Made by a program: the position numbers and the translations under genes. Of a stretch of 64,000 nucleotides of DNA, positions 52,401 to 63,780 are shown in pieces. The stretch covers positions 24,740,001 to 24,804,000 of the forward strand of contig NC_087251.1 in assembly GCF_037042905.1 (NCBI RefSeq). Reading direction: 5' to 3'. Below the pieces are notes generated by a model that made no database searches, had not been told where the DNA came from, and saw nothing but the letters and a program-made list of their open reading frames with translations. This DNA comes from Lytechinus pictus (taxonomy: Eukaryota). Numbering within the stretch: the stretch's first letter is position 1; every line of letters starts with the position of its first letter.

Positions 52401-55400
52401 ATATTAAAAGAACACACATAAACCATAAAGATTTACAAACTATCATAGATCAGGGGGAAACACCATGGGACAAATAACTTGAAACTTTCACTATTCAATT
52501 AATCTATATTTTGCATTTTCGACAAATTAGCCATGCAACAGGGAGACTGGTCGGTTACAGCCCGATAGACCGCGGGTCCGATAGACCGCGGGTCCGATAG
52601 TCCGCGGGTCCGATAGACCGCGGGTCCGATAGACCGCGGGTCCGATAGACCGCGGGTCCGATAGTCCGCGGGTCCGATAGACCGCGGGTCCGATTGTCCG
52701 CGGGTCCGATAGACCGCGGGTCCGATAGACCGCGGGTCCGATAGTCCGCGGGTCCGATAGACCGCGGGTCCGATAGACCGCGGGTCCGATAGTCCGCGGG
52801 TCCGATAGTCCTCGGGTCCGATAGTCCGCGGTGTGTGTAAAATTATGGTCAGGATATAATTAGATCCAATGCCATCAAGAGGTCAAAAGGCCAATGATAC
52901 GAGTCCATGGGGTTCTATAACGATGACCCAAAGGACAATCGCCCCCTGACATCTACTTCAAGGAAAATATTATCCCCATATTTTTATCGTCAGGGACTGT
53001 TACCCCCCCCCCCCGGAAATTTACCCTCTAGACGCCATACGGAGCCTCTAAAATGCCATCGACTTGACGACATGGCGAGATAATTTATAAAAAGTTATAT
53101 GTCAACCTGGCGAGATATTTTATCTTGCCAAGTCGACTTAAATAAGTTACATGTCAACATAGCGATATATCGGGATTCTCGCCGGGACTTGTACACTTCA
53201 TATCTCGCCATGTGGACATATCGACTTGACAAGATAGAATATATCGCTATGTCGAAATAATAAGCGTATTACTTACTTAGGCGGCGGAAGCGGGGGGGGG
53301 GGACCTTTCCCCCCTAAATTTGAGGTGGGGGACGGTCCCCCCTAGATTTTTAGTTGAGAACCTTTTTTTTTGCTTGTCAATTTGTTTTCTACGTCCCCCC
53401 CCTAAATTGAGGTGGACCCCCCCTAAAATCTTTTTGTCCCCCCCTCATTTTGGTTGATAACCTTTTTTTTTTGTCAAAAAATTTTGGTGGTCCTTCCTAT
53501 AAATTTTGGTTGACTTGCTTGTCAAATTTTTAACCTGTGTCCATCCCAAAATTTCAGGTGGACCCCCCTAATTTTGTTTGCCTTCCGCCGCCAATGATTA
53601 ATTAAGACATGGCAAGATGGCATTTTCAAGGCTCCGTACTAGGGGTAATTGTCCGGGGTAATTGTCTGGAGGGTAAATTTCCGGGGGGGGGGGGGGGGGG
53701 TATCAGTCCCCGGCGGTAAAAATATGGGGATAATATTTTCCTTGAAGTAGTTGTCAGGGGGTGATTGCCCCAATTGGGTTATTGTTATAGAACCCAGGCG
53801 CGGATCCAGGATTTCGTGGGGAAGGGGGGGGGGGGCCAAATTTGACCTGATTTTTGGTGCCCATATGTGTACTTTTCGAAAAAAAGCGCCCACTCCCTCC
53901 CGGGAAGGCTAAATTAAGTGCCTTAAATGGATTTTGAATTATCTTATAATCACATTAAAAAAAATAAAGACCACTTTTTCATGTGTTCTTGAAAAAAAAA
54001 ATCCATAAATATATAATGTAATATCAATGGGAGCGCGAAGCACGAGTGATTTTTTTTTTTTTTTTTGGGGGGGGTTCAATTTGGTTTAACTTCTAACCAG
54101 AGTAGGCCCTACTAGAATATTGTGTGAACGGGAGCTGTAGTTTCTGTACTGTTGTGTTAGAATACCCTTCAATAATATTAATGATAACCTCTTGGGAATA
54201 ATGCAATCTCGAAGCAATCGACTAATTCTCCTCATCAGTGGCGTATTTATTCAGCATGGGTGCACGGGGGGGGGGGGGGGGGGGATGGCGAGGGCACCGA
54301 GTTAAACAAAATAAATGAAATGGGGGGGGGGGTACACGTCAAAGAAAATCTGAGATTTCATTCTTAAAAACAAATTGAGGTATCTCACAAGGCCTAAATA
54401 AATAATGAGAACGCGAAGCGCCATCTTTTTTAAAAATATATTTTTAATGTATTATATCCTGCAAGCCTAAGTCAGGGGCGGACCCAGCTTCCGCCAATAG
54501 GGTGAGGGGCCATTTTTTCACCCATATTTTTCCCGATCGGCCGCTCAAAGTTGACTTTTTTTTTGTTTCTTTGAAGGGGTTGTCCCAGTGCCGTAATGAG
54601 CCAACAATTTCGAGGGGGCTCGATATGGTGTATTGCATCAAATTAATAAGAAGTTGCCAGTGAGCGAAGCGAGCAAGCAAATATCCTGACATTTTTATTA
54701 CAAAAATACAAGGTTGTGATAGATTTTGACATAATATTTGGAAAATAATATTTTATTTCATCCTAATCCCTTTCCTTTTCTCTCTATTTTTTCTTAGTCT
54801 TGATTCTCTCTATTTTTTTAACAGTCATTTCCTAGCTTTACTTTATAAGCAACATAAATGTGTAATAATCTCTTAAGCCCTATGTAATCTAAAAATGAAA
54901 AATCTTGTATTTTGTCCTGAAAATTGAACATTTTGGGCAATGTTTGTGAACCTGAACAGGACGCGTATGTAACTAGATAATTACCACGAGCGCGAAGCGC
55001 GAGCAGAAATGTTTAATATTCGTTCTGGCCTGGTCGAAAAGGGACCAGTTAAGGATGTTTTGCAGTTAGCCATTAAGACGATACACATTTCAACGATTAA
55101 ATAATGCGAGCGCGAAGCGCAAGCTGAACAATTTTGATATTCCAACCTAAATAGATGAGATTTCAAATCCCCCAATGGGACATTCGATTCATGTTTGTCA
55201 ATCAGGAAAAAGGATGGGTAATTTTTGGTATCTCCCTACAATAATAATGCGAGCGCAAAGCGCGAGCTGAACATTTTTGATATTCCAACCTAAAAAGATG
55301 AGATTTCAAATCCCCCAATGGGACATTCGATTCATGTTTGTCAATCATGAAAAAGGATGGGTAATTTTTGGTATCTCCCTACAATAATAATGGACATTCT

Positions 55401-58400
55401 TTTGGACATTCTGATTTGAAACTGGATAATTCTAGCACGTTTTGAATAAGATCAAGCTTTGTATCTCAAAAAACATGCGTGCACGTGTTTTAGAGTTAGA
55501 CAGAATCCTGGCAATCTGAATACATTTCATTCTTCATCATAAAAATCAATAATGCGGGCGCAGAGCCCGAGCTGATAATAATATTTGAAATTCCGATATG
55601 AAAAGGGTCAATTTAAGCACTGTTTACAGCACTGTGTATATAGGGAAATTTGATAGCACTATATAAATAATGCGAGCGCGAAGCGGGAGCTGATATTTTA
55701 TTATTTATTTGACCTAGGATCGAGACATTTTAGGCCTAAGGACATTTTGTCATCATATATGAATGATGACTATCTTCTATTTTTTTTCCTAAAACTTGTT
55801 GATATTTATTTCTGAAAAAGGGACAATTTAGTTATTATGAATTCATACAAATCTTATTTCATATTTATTAATCTGTTAAGCCTAATGAGTGTGTGAAATT
55901 TGTTGACAGTGCATGAGGCCTGAAAACTGGATATTTTAAGTATTTTTGTAATCATAAATAGGATTCATTGGTTGATATATTTTTAGCAAATAATGCGAGC
56001 GCAATTTGCGATCCGGAATTTTTTAATGGGGGGATTTAAGTAGTTTGTTATAGAATTAATATATAGGTATACATAACTCACCAATCAAAATGCGAGCGCG
56101 CAGCGCTAGCTCATAGGCCTTTATTATTTTTTTTTACAATCGAGACACCTGAAAAGGTATATTTAGAGAATCTTATAGGAAATATAAAAAGACAATAGGT
56201 AGGCCTACTTGGCAAATAGTGCGAGCGCACAAAAATGTTGCAAATGTTGATTCAAACCATAAAACGGGCATTTTCCAGAGCACTTAAAAACATAAATTGG
56301 TAAATAAAACAAAATAATGAAAGGTCAAGCTGAAAACTTTTATAATGATGAAATGAAAAATACATTTTCAGTTGCCAGGTTAGAATATCAAATATTTTCA
56401 GCTTGTGCTTCTCGTTCGCATAAAAAACTGTAAGGTCGGGATGCGTATATAACTAAACAATGTATTGATGCCAGCGCGAAGCGCGAGCTCAATTTTTTAT
56501 ATACTGACTTAAAGGAGAATGAAACTCTTGGAGCAAGTTAGCTTTTGTGAAAGCAGAAAAATCAAAGAATAAGATCAACAAAAGTTTGAGTAAAATAGGA
56601 CTAGCAATAGAAGAGTTATGAGCATTTGAATGTCGAGATCACTAATGCTATGGAGATCCTCCTATTGGCAATGCGACCAAGATCTATGATGTCACAGATG
56701 AACAACTCTCCCCTTTTGGACACTGAAAATATACCCCAAAACATCTCTTTTTGCTCCATTCTAATCATATGACAAACGATTCATCATAATGTTGTGAAAC
56801 CTCTGTACTTGTCCTCTCATAAAGAGAACACCTCACCTTGTGATAGCTAGACTCTATAAAAGTGAGAATATAAGTGAAATAAGTACTAAAGTAATGAGGG
56901 AGTTGTACGTGTGTGACATCACAGATCTTGGTCGCATTGCCAATTGGAGGATCTACATGGTATTAGTGATCTCGACATTCAAATGCTCATAACTTTCTTA
57001 TTATTCATTCGATCTTCCTCAAACTTTCAACAATATGTTTCTTTGATTTTTCTCTTTGATATGGATTCAGCTGGTTTCAAGGGTTTCATTCTCCTTTAAG
57101 AAGGACTAAGGTATAATTCCTATTCTAATTGCTTGTCCTTTTTCTCTTCCTTTTTTCTGTTTCTTACCCCTTTTTTGCGCCACCATGGGGGGGGGGCAAA
57201 ATCTTTGCCCCCTGGATCGGCCTATGTATGTTGAAAAACACTAACACGTGGGATTGAAGCAGAGGATGAATACCTCGTTAATCAAATATTGCGAGCGCGT
57301 AGCGCGAGCTGAATTTGATAATAACCCTTTTTTGTGACCCTGAACAGTGTATCTTTCTCGCTAAACAGACTTAAAACTCGAAAACATTGTTTTTTCTGTT
57401 ATCGTAAAAACGGGATATTTTAATTCAGCCGCATTAATTTAAGTTTTTTGGGCAGGACATATATTTCACTATAAACAGGCAATACGAGAAATGTTGCACC
57501 CCCGGTCGAAAATGAATTTGCATGAAGCCCCCTATTAAAGTTCAAGGTCAATTTGGCGCCCTCGGTTGAACCTAAACTTGGCGCCCCCATGTGAAATATA
57601 ACTTTGTCCTCCCTCCCCCTCTCTGAAACATATATTTGACGCATTATGGTCAAAATTCAAATTAGCGCTCCCCAAGTTCGAACATCAATTTGGTGCCCCG
57701 CTAGATCGAACATCAATTCAGCGCCCCATAGTTCGAACGTCATTTTGGCGCCATCAAATCGACGTCCAGGTCAACATCTCCCTCTTCCGTTTCCCATCTC
57801 CTTTTCTTTCTTTTTTCTTTCTCTTATCCTCATTCCCCTTCCTTCCTTTCTCTTTCTTTCCCCCTCTTCTTTCCCCCCTTTTCTTCTCTTTCCCCCATCT
57901 TTTCTTTCCCCCTTTTCTTCTCTTTTTCTGTCTTTTCTTTCCCTCTTTTCCTCTCTCTCTTTTCTCGTTTTTCCTCTCTTCCCCCTTACTCTCTCTTTTT
58001 TCTTCTCTTTTCCTCTCTTCTTCTCTCTCTCTCTCTCTTTTCTTATCTTTCTTCCCATCTTCCTCTCTCTTTAAATATTATTCTCTTCCTCTTTTTTTCT
58101 TCTTCTTTTCCCCCTTTTCCTTATTCTGTTCTTTTCTTTCTTTTCCCTCTTCCACTTTTTTCTCTTTCCCCCTTTACTTCTCCCTTTTTCTTTTTCTTTC
58201 CTTTCCCTCTTTTTTCTCTTTTAATCTTTTTTTCTTCTCTCCCTCCCCTTCCTCCCTCTCTCTCTCTTTCTTCTCTACTTTTCCCCTCTTCCTCTCTCTC
58301 TCTTTTTTCTTATCTTTCTTCCCATCTTCTTCTCTATTTAAATATTCTTCTCTTCCTTCCTCTTTTTTTCTTCTTCTTTTTCCTCCTTTTCCTTTCTCCT

Positions 58401-60208
58401 TTCTTTTCTTCTCTTCCTTTTCCTTCCTCTTTTTTTACTCTTCTTTCCCCTTTTCTTCTCCATTTTTTTCTTTGTCTTTCCTTTCCCCTTTTTCTTATCT
58501 TTTTTTCTTCTCTTCCTTTCTCCTTCTTACTCTCTTTTCTATTCTCTTCTTTTCCCATCTTCCTCTTTTTTTATTCTCTCCCTTTTCCCCTCTTCCCCCT
58601 CTTTTTTGAGCTGGGGGTGGGGGGGGGGTGAGGCAGTTCCCCCTCGGCCCCCCCCATGGATCCGCACCTGATAGAACCCCATGGCTTCGTATCATTTGAC
58701 CTTTGGACCTCTCGATGACATTTGATATATCTGATCATAATTTTACACACACTGCGGACTATCGGACCCGCGGTCTATCGGACCCGCGGTCTAACGGACC
58801 CGCGGTCTATCGGACCCGCGGTCTATCGGGATGTCCCCGACTGGTCAACTAGTCTATGGAATAAAATATCAGGGAGGTTATTTACCTCCCCATTGAGAAG
58901 GTATATTCTCTACCAACAGTACATGATCATATCAATAATCAGAGTACCAGCAAAAAAAAATTCTTATTTAAATTTGTGATTTACCTTCTGCAGAATATGA
59001 AGATTTTCTAGACGATGAATCACAGGTTTGCCCGTCAATGGTCCAGTCCAATTATTTTGAACAAACAGCTGCAAACTTGAGATACCCACGCATGCTACTA
59101 AGAACTGCCTGCAAGTTTGAATAAAAAGTAAGGGCATGTACTTGAATGAATTCAGTCTATTCCGAAATATCAAACATCGGAAATCACTAAAGGTTCAAAT
59201 AAAACCCCCTGAGAGATAAGGAACTATCATTTTTCATGTTTAATGGGTTACTCCATTCATTGGTTTTAATAGCAAGTTAAATCATCAAAACAGAAATGAT
59301 TACCGATTTTTTTTTAATGGAAAACCACTCAGACATAGCACCTTACAGTTTGCATTGTTTATAAAGACAGTGAATTAGACTGTGTCCAAATGAGTGTGTT
59401 GATCCTGTAACAAGCCATCTTTCATTAGCTTTTCTGTTCCAAGAAGGGATGGATCAATGTTATTGAAAATAAGAATAAAAATGATTCTGACAAAATGAGA
59501 GGTACTTTGTCTCTTCCTAGTGTAGAATCATCAGTACCTAAACTGCTAATACAAAAAAGAAGTCATTCACTATCTAAAAAAGGCAACAAAAAATCAGTTT
59601 ACTAAGTCTGAGAGTGACTAGTTGGTAGACGGGGTGGGTGGCCCATGGCAGTGGCTTGTGAGACAGAGAGATCATGCCTGAATGGCACAAAGGCAACCTT
59701 TACCCTAATCACTGCAGATAATTTGGTAAATAACCAACTCCTTGACCTTAAAAAGCTCTGAACTTTCCTGTCTGACCCAAAAGACTGTGATTAAGATTGA
59801 ATTTTCAGCTAAATAATTCATGATTGTAAATTCAGGACAAAACTAACATATTGCTTTAAAACATGGTTTGGCTCCTTATGAGAGTTGTCCTTACAATAAC
59901 TTTTTTTTTTATAAGGGAGAGATTTATTGTATATATATGTATGAATAAATGCATTATTTAAGATACATTTAAAAGAAACTGTGGATTATATCATTAGCCT
60001 AATCATTGATGTAGTATCTGGGTATTAACAAACCTGAAAACTTTTTCCCTCGGCTGTTCAAGTTGTCCCACAAAATCTGTGACATTTCTTGAAATCTGCT
60101 GTGTAACATCTTGGTGGGGAGTTCTGGCTAGGATCTGACCAGTGATGACTGAAGTAATCACCTGTTCGTAATCGCCAGTCAATAATGATAACAGGAACTT
60201 ACTTACTT
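28463..60208 (-). CDS. TTC27: Tetratricopeptide repeat protein 27, 5'-partial (about 811 aa recovered)
   Basis: 20 exons with consistent splice phases: 60208-60034, 59108-58985, 51865-51725, 51415-51313, 50621-50457, 49120-48987, 48431-48319, 47436-47370, 46191-46078, 45357-45262, 44503-44381, 43558-43331, 42727-42629, 41636-41584, 39506-39428, 38678-38531, 38052-37916, 37058-36947, 36299-36199, 28585-28463 (stop). Hallmark TTC27/Emw1 motifs: [76 protein letters not shown]. Confidence 0.93.
28661..29640 (+). repeat. 5' LTR
   Basis: TGTCAG...GTGACA; near-identical to 34565-35544 (I see only three substitutions by eye). Confidence 0.96.
29644..29660 (+). promoter_or_regulatory. Primer-binding site, tRNA-Pro type
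   Basis: TGGGGGCTTGTCCGAGA 3 nt after the 5' LTR; two mismatches to the canonical PBS-Pro TGGGGGCTCGTCCGGGA. Confidence 0.8.
30129..33947 (+). CDS. Gag-Pol polyprotein (1272 aa): SCAN-like capsid, CCHC knuckle, aspartic protease, integrase, then deleted/truncated RT; no RNase H
   Basis: [22 protein letters not shown]-x6-H...C-x2-C; DIVGP / TDRGSQF / NGLVERFN (DDE); WKGPF; RT N-terminus SPYSSP...[10 protein letters not shown]...FFSKLD joined directly to DILIH; stop shortly after KC...VEF. Confidence 0.93.
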   Translation: MSTKWFEIGKELGLSGPELLSFVGEREQLEQEERRANREVRKEEEKILEMKLELARVQSQSRSDSMIDNGNGNGRSLVPTPKLPHFVEGKDNMDAYLKRFEKYAKVQSWPRSSWAISLSALLQGKALDVYSRLPADKAEDYDALKEALLLRFELTCDDFRQKFRYSNPQSGETPTQFVVRLEHYLSRWIDLSGTQRTFDGVVEMLLKQQLVERGGTSLGLFLKERKPKNISEMTSLADTYVEAHSGHFGITRKNKNDNKGKPQGSRYPQSDSEAKTSSGNLRNSLPERKRIGPCFICNKMGHLAAKCNTKLQGASLICSTDHSKSSSQNQKRESTQYETNSKVSVDSRSDSCATCSLVSPDMEGSETLGLLLMSLVSEKDKSEIVNRDTLQKSPMMCAACQRRWRGKLTVVEGRIGSHKVDVLYDSGCSGVAVKKSLVRSDQFIGKYRQCVLIDQTLRRFPTANVHISSPLFVGTIEALCIETPVFDVIIGDIEGVRSVSNPHPDWKMVIQGDDITQGHVRNVDSNGNSNSEDEIVEVHDDDITQGHVRNVDSNGNSNSEDEIGEVNCDDGTNVGLAVQTRSQSREARRPQRPLKVPSQIPDVSPEEIRRETAKDPSLKRAREVAQVSLSDDDRKNTYFVVDDGLLYRMFQPKNERGNSVKQLVVPQVFRKVMLSLAHEGIMSGHQGIGKTTEKILTCFFWPGIHADVTRFCRSCDICQRTVPKGRVPKVPLGKMPVIDIPFFRVAIDIVGPIHPMTTKKNRYILSIVDYASRYPEAVALPNIETTTVAEAMVEVFCRVGVPQEILTDRGSQFTSDMMKEVSRLLSIKQLTTTPYHPSCNGLVERFNQTLKQILKRVCADRPNDWDRYIGPVLFAYRSAPQASLRYSPFELIYGRQVRGPLEILKDLWSDETHDPELKTTYQYVVDLKERLKSTLEAAHDELRKATSRSERHYNVRSRQRKFDPGDKVLILLPTDHNKLLLQWKGPFKVVHKLGDNDYRLDVNGNHKTFHANLLRRYIDRFDKTKANSDSSSSNNPDPNVTVAGLLDVIAQATIVDHEEKDEEDNPSPTSNPITIQVQRLEAKETVEDVKLGPDLETSQQRQLKRMLGSYRDVMTDLPGETRLGEHSIRLTSDDPVRQKPYPVPHALRGVIDNEVEKMIEMDVIEKSNSPYSSPNVIVKKSDGSNRFCIDFRRLNRVTVFDAEPLPNTQEIFSSLSGSRFFSKLDDILIHTPTWEEHLVILQELLRRLRAAGLTARPSKCQLGCQQVEFNVI
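34551..34560 (+). promoter_or_regulatory. Polypurine tract
   Basis: AAATAGGGGG 4 nt upstream of the 3' LTR. Confidence 0.65.
34565..35544 (+). repeat. 3' LTR
   Basis: Direct repeat of 28661-29640, preceded by the purine tract AAATAGGGGG. Confidence 0.96.
40109..41289 (-). mobile_element. HINE/DINE-1-like (non-autonomous Helentron-like) element with about 163-bp internal tandem repeats
   Basis: Subterminal inverted motif GTCTCGCCTGCAT / ATGCAGGCGAGAC, (GCC)n microsatellite, five repeats of a TGACCTTTGACCTTGG-containing unit, T-run at the insertion end. Confidence 0.7.
46691..47222 (-). mobile_element. Shorter copy of the same HINE-like family
   Basis: Same termini (AACAAGTGGA...TATGCAGGTGAGACAAAAA) with about two internal units. 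Confidence 0.7.
49574..50290 (-). mobile_element. Second HINE/DINE-like family with about 139-bp tandem units
   Basis: Minus strand begins TTTTTATGCCCCCGCAG...GGGGGCATTAAG with a (CCGT)n stretch; four internal repeats; matching TGCCCCCGC near the other end. Confidence 0.65.
52562..52830. repeat. 16-bp minisatellite, about 17 copies
   Basis: (CCGATAGWCCGCGGGT)n with no spacers. Confidence 0.95.
56513..57095. mobile_element. TTAA-flanked fold-back MITE (Kolobok-like)
   Basis: TTAA-AGGAGAATGAAAC ... GTTTCATTCTCCT-TTAA with long imperfect arms. Confidence 0.8.
57775..58610. repeat. CT-rich low-complexity tract (another at about 3620-3970)
   Basis: Almost pure polypyrimidine with internal duplication; it explains spurious F/L/S/P-rich and K/R/E/G-rich ORFs. 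Confidence 0.9.
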
Positions 60209-60583
60209 CTGCAATGAAAATAGGAACATTTATCAATACAAATCGATGTTTGAATGCTTAACAATGTTTTACATGAATTGAGTTTTTATTAACTTTTTAT
60301 AGATCAATATGAAAAATCCAAAGGAAAAAAAAGCAGCAGCATTAACTCTCTTGCTTCATAATCCTGATCAAACTGCTTATGTTTTGCATGGATACCTGTT
60401 TAAAATTAAGCATTTTGCTTTATTTTGTAACATTGGCCAATTAATAATTAGATATCTACAATTATATGTGATATATCTAATTTGGATTAGAATACAATAG
60501 TGTTTAACACATGCTAATTGGTGTCATGAACATAATACTATGCTTGGTAGGATTTCTGGATTAATAGAGCAGATCTTTCTTAA

Positions 60584-61164
60584 AGGGCAAGTCCATCCAC
60601 CAAAAATGTTGATTTTAATCAATAGAGAAAAATCAAACAAGTATAACGCAGAAAATTTCATCAAAATCGGATGTAAAATAAGAAAGTTAGAACAATTTAA
60701 AATTTTGCTTATTTTTCACAAAACAGTTATATGCACAAGTCAATGACATGCAGATGAGAGAGTTGATGATGTCCCTCACTCACTATTTCTTTTGTATTTT
60801 GTTTGAATTAATAAATATTTTAATTTTTACAGATGTGACATAATTCCAACTTGATTGAACCATAAAATGTTAAAACAATGTTAATACCACATGTTCAGGG
60901 AGGAATAAAACTTTGTTTCACAGAACAGGGAGAAAATTAAAATATTTCATAATAGAATACAAAAGAAGTGAATGATGTCATCAGTCCCCTCATTTGCATA
61001 CCGACCAGGATGTGAATATAACTGTTTTGTGAAATTAAGCGAAACTTTAAAATGTCATAACTTCCTTATTTTACATCCTACTTTGATGAATTTTTCAGTG
61101 CTATTTCTTGTTGGATTTTTCTCTTTTTATTCAAATCAAATTTTTGCTGGGGTGGACTTGTCCT
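60584..61164. mobile_element. TTAA-flanked MITE (Kolobok-like); decayed relative at about 25945-26495
   Basis: TTAA-AGGGCAAGTCCA ... TGGACTTGTCCT-TTAA. Confidence 0.75.
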
Positions 61165-62349
61165 TTAAGACCAAGAAGTAAAGCAAGTCATGTGGATGGT
61201 GATAAAATACAAATTATTGATATTTTTTACACCTTTTAGTTTTCAATAATTGGAGCTTGAATGATAACCATGTTTTCAGCCTTATTCTAGGAAGAAACAA
61301 AATATTTACTTGAGCTGGGTTGGTCCTGTCCCGTGTTCCTGTTAACTTTTTTTTAGATAACTAGCACTAGCATGGAAATATTAATTTTGATTGGCTGCTG
61401 AACACAATTCCCATGGTTGTTACAATAACGGCAAATTCATCAAAATAGATTAATAAGTTTTTATGCAATGGGACCCTAATTTCAATGTGTGTTTTATTTG
61501 TGATTTCTTTTTTTTTCAATTACATGCATGCCTTACCCGTGTAACTTTGTTCTAGGTGTTTACTGGAGTGGATTTCATTTTTATGATTATTATTTTTCTC
61601 TTTGAATTCAGATCAACTTATATTTGAAGGTTGTTCCATTGTTTCTGAAATGATCACTATGATGACCTTGAAAGGAGAAGACCTCACTTCCCCTAAAAAA
61701 ATGATTTGAATAAGAGATAGAGCAAACAAGCCCCCCCCCCCCCAAAAAAAAAAAAATAAATAAATAAATAAAAAATAATGATTTTGGCGTCATTTCATAG
61801 AAATCTGAAATCAAAGAAAGTTATAGCATTTTGAAATTTCCCTTAATTATTCACCAAAAAGATATGCAAATTACATGTACATAGTAATGAAATTTTCACT
61901 CAGCCACTATTTCCTTTATTATGATTATTTTATGATTAACATTACACGTCCATGTTTCAATATTGAGGATTTATTTGTCTTCATCAAATCATATAACAAT
62001 ACATTCAACCATGGCAATGGCAATTCCACATGTCCAGAAAGCTATATGTACGCTACAAACCAAACTTTGTTTCAGATTCTATCATGTTACATGTACATGT
62101 ACATATACACATGGCTGGAGAAAAATCTTTGAAAATACAAACCACCCTGCCTAACTAAGTCAAATCTTTTGGACTACAGAATCAGAAATCTGTTTGACTT
62201 AGAAGAGGTATAACACATAACTTTTGTGAATAATTTGGTTTAAAGGCGATTATTCGTCTAATGGAAGGTCGACGATTGACTTAATCAGAGTTACCTGTAC
62301 TTAATATTAATACATTGACATAGCGAAAGCGGGTGGACGAACTTTAGAC

Positions 62350-63780
62350 ATTGGTTCCCTTAGGTTTTTGGAAGTTTTGGTACTTTGTGAAATTCCTATA
62401 CGAAATTTAAAAATTAACTTAAGATGTCACAACTTTTTAGTTATTTCATTATAAATTTATATCTGGCCATGCGTTTTGAGTTGGGCCCATTTCCGTTACA
62501 ACTCAAATTTTCCTCCAAAATCACACTGTTTCATACAATTGCATTTTTTTCTTATGTTTGACATCCTATACCCATAAAGTATATATATTCTGAAAGGGAA
62601 TTGTCTGAGGAATTCAAAAATGCAATCAGAAAAGGCATAGGGTAATGTCATAAAAAGTTAAAGGTCAAAATATGTGAAAAACTGTGAAAACATATACTTC
62701 CCAATAAATCTTAAAATCAGAAAAACTTTACACCCTATATGAAAATAACATGCATATTTCAACTCTTTAGAGTGAGGCCTTTCCAATGATATATAACTTG
62801 TTAGGGATAACTTTTACCAAAATAATTTTAAGCGATCATCTTTTAAGACAAAATTTTACATCACAATTTTTCGGGTAAATATGTAACAATACTTGATTTA
62901 CCCCAAAAATATTATGTAGTCTTGCCTGTAGTTGCATAAATACAGTTTGCAAACACTAACCAGTATATTATAATATATTTACTGTGGTTATTATGAATAA
63001 AAAATTATTTTATTTGACTCAAATCGTGGGATTTGTCATCTCTTGGCTCAAAGATCAGTGGACCAAAGGTTGACAACTGAGAGTCAGGTTTAACATAAAT
63101 ATAGAAAAGATATGAATGCACAATGAAAACTTCTCATAACTGGTTTAGCTTAAACTTAGTGTGAACAAAAACAACTAACATGTTATAAATAAATCCATTT
63201 ATCTATCACCTGGCAAAAATACTTTGATTATGTTATTTTATAGTGTTATACATGTGGGCATTTTCACGGTAACTGACATTACATGGCACAATGTTTTCAC
63301 ACCTTTCATTGTGTGTATCTCTAAAACAACAAATGATGGGAGTTTGCTTTTGATAGAGTTAATAAAGTGAACCTTGCTGTATACTCTGATACTAAGTTTT
63401 TCTATGTAACCACATTTTTTTACGCATCAGCAAGCAAAAATGTGTCGGTAACTGACATTACGAAAAAGGACATGCAATTTTAGGGTGTTCATTGAAATTG
63501 AAATATCTCATGTCCCTGAGTAGATAGAGTAATAATTTGAATATGTAAATATACCTCCGTTACTAGGTTAAGATGTGTCAAAATATTAGACAATTAGTTT
63601 TTGTCTTTTGAGGGCTATGATAATTTTTCCGCAACCATGCTGGTAACTGACATTACGGTAACTGACATTACACTTAATTTGCCATAGAGATAACACATGG
63701 AAGTCAAATGTGTGGAATCATTGCATTGTATCTTCTGTGCAGTGCTTCACATGAAAGTGAGCTTGGTGTGGAAGTATACC
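62350..63780. mobile_element. Probable DNA-transposon-derived segment
   Basis: GGTAACTGACATTAC recurs four times (about 63268, 63447, 63642, 63657), like a subterminal repeat; ends not defined. Confidence 0.35.

Larger units (their letters stand above)
53795..58670. mobile_element. Nested 4.9-kb hAT-like non-autonomous element
   Basis: TIR CAGGCGCGGATCC / GGATCCGCACCTG; perfect 8-bp TSD ATAGAACC; it splits the right TIR of the outer element. Confidence 0.85.
52553..58838. mobile_element. Fold-back-type DNA transposon with tandem-repeat TIRs and 8-bp TSD, hosting nested insertions
   Basis: TSD GACTGGTC at 52545-52552 and 58839-58846; the 16-bp unit CCGATAGACCGCGGGT occurs about 17 times on the left and about 5 times inverted on the right; TIR similarity continues inward. 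Confidence 0.85.

Noticed and set aside
52562..52830. CRISPR-like array
   Set aside because: Head-to-tail 16-bp units with no unique spacers, a eukaryotic context and an inverted partner at 58753-58830; it is a transposon TIR.
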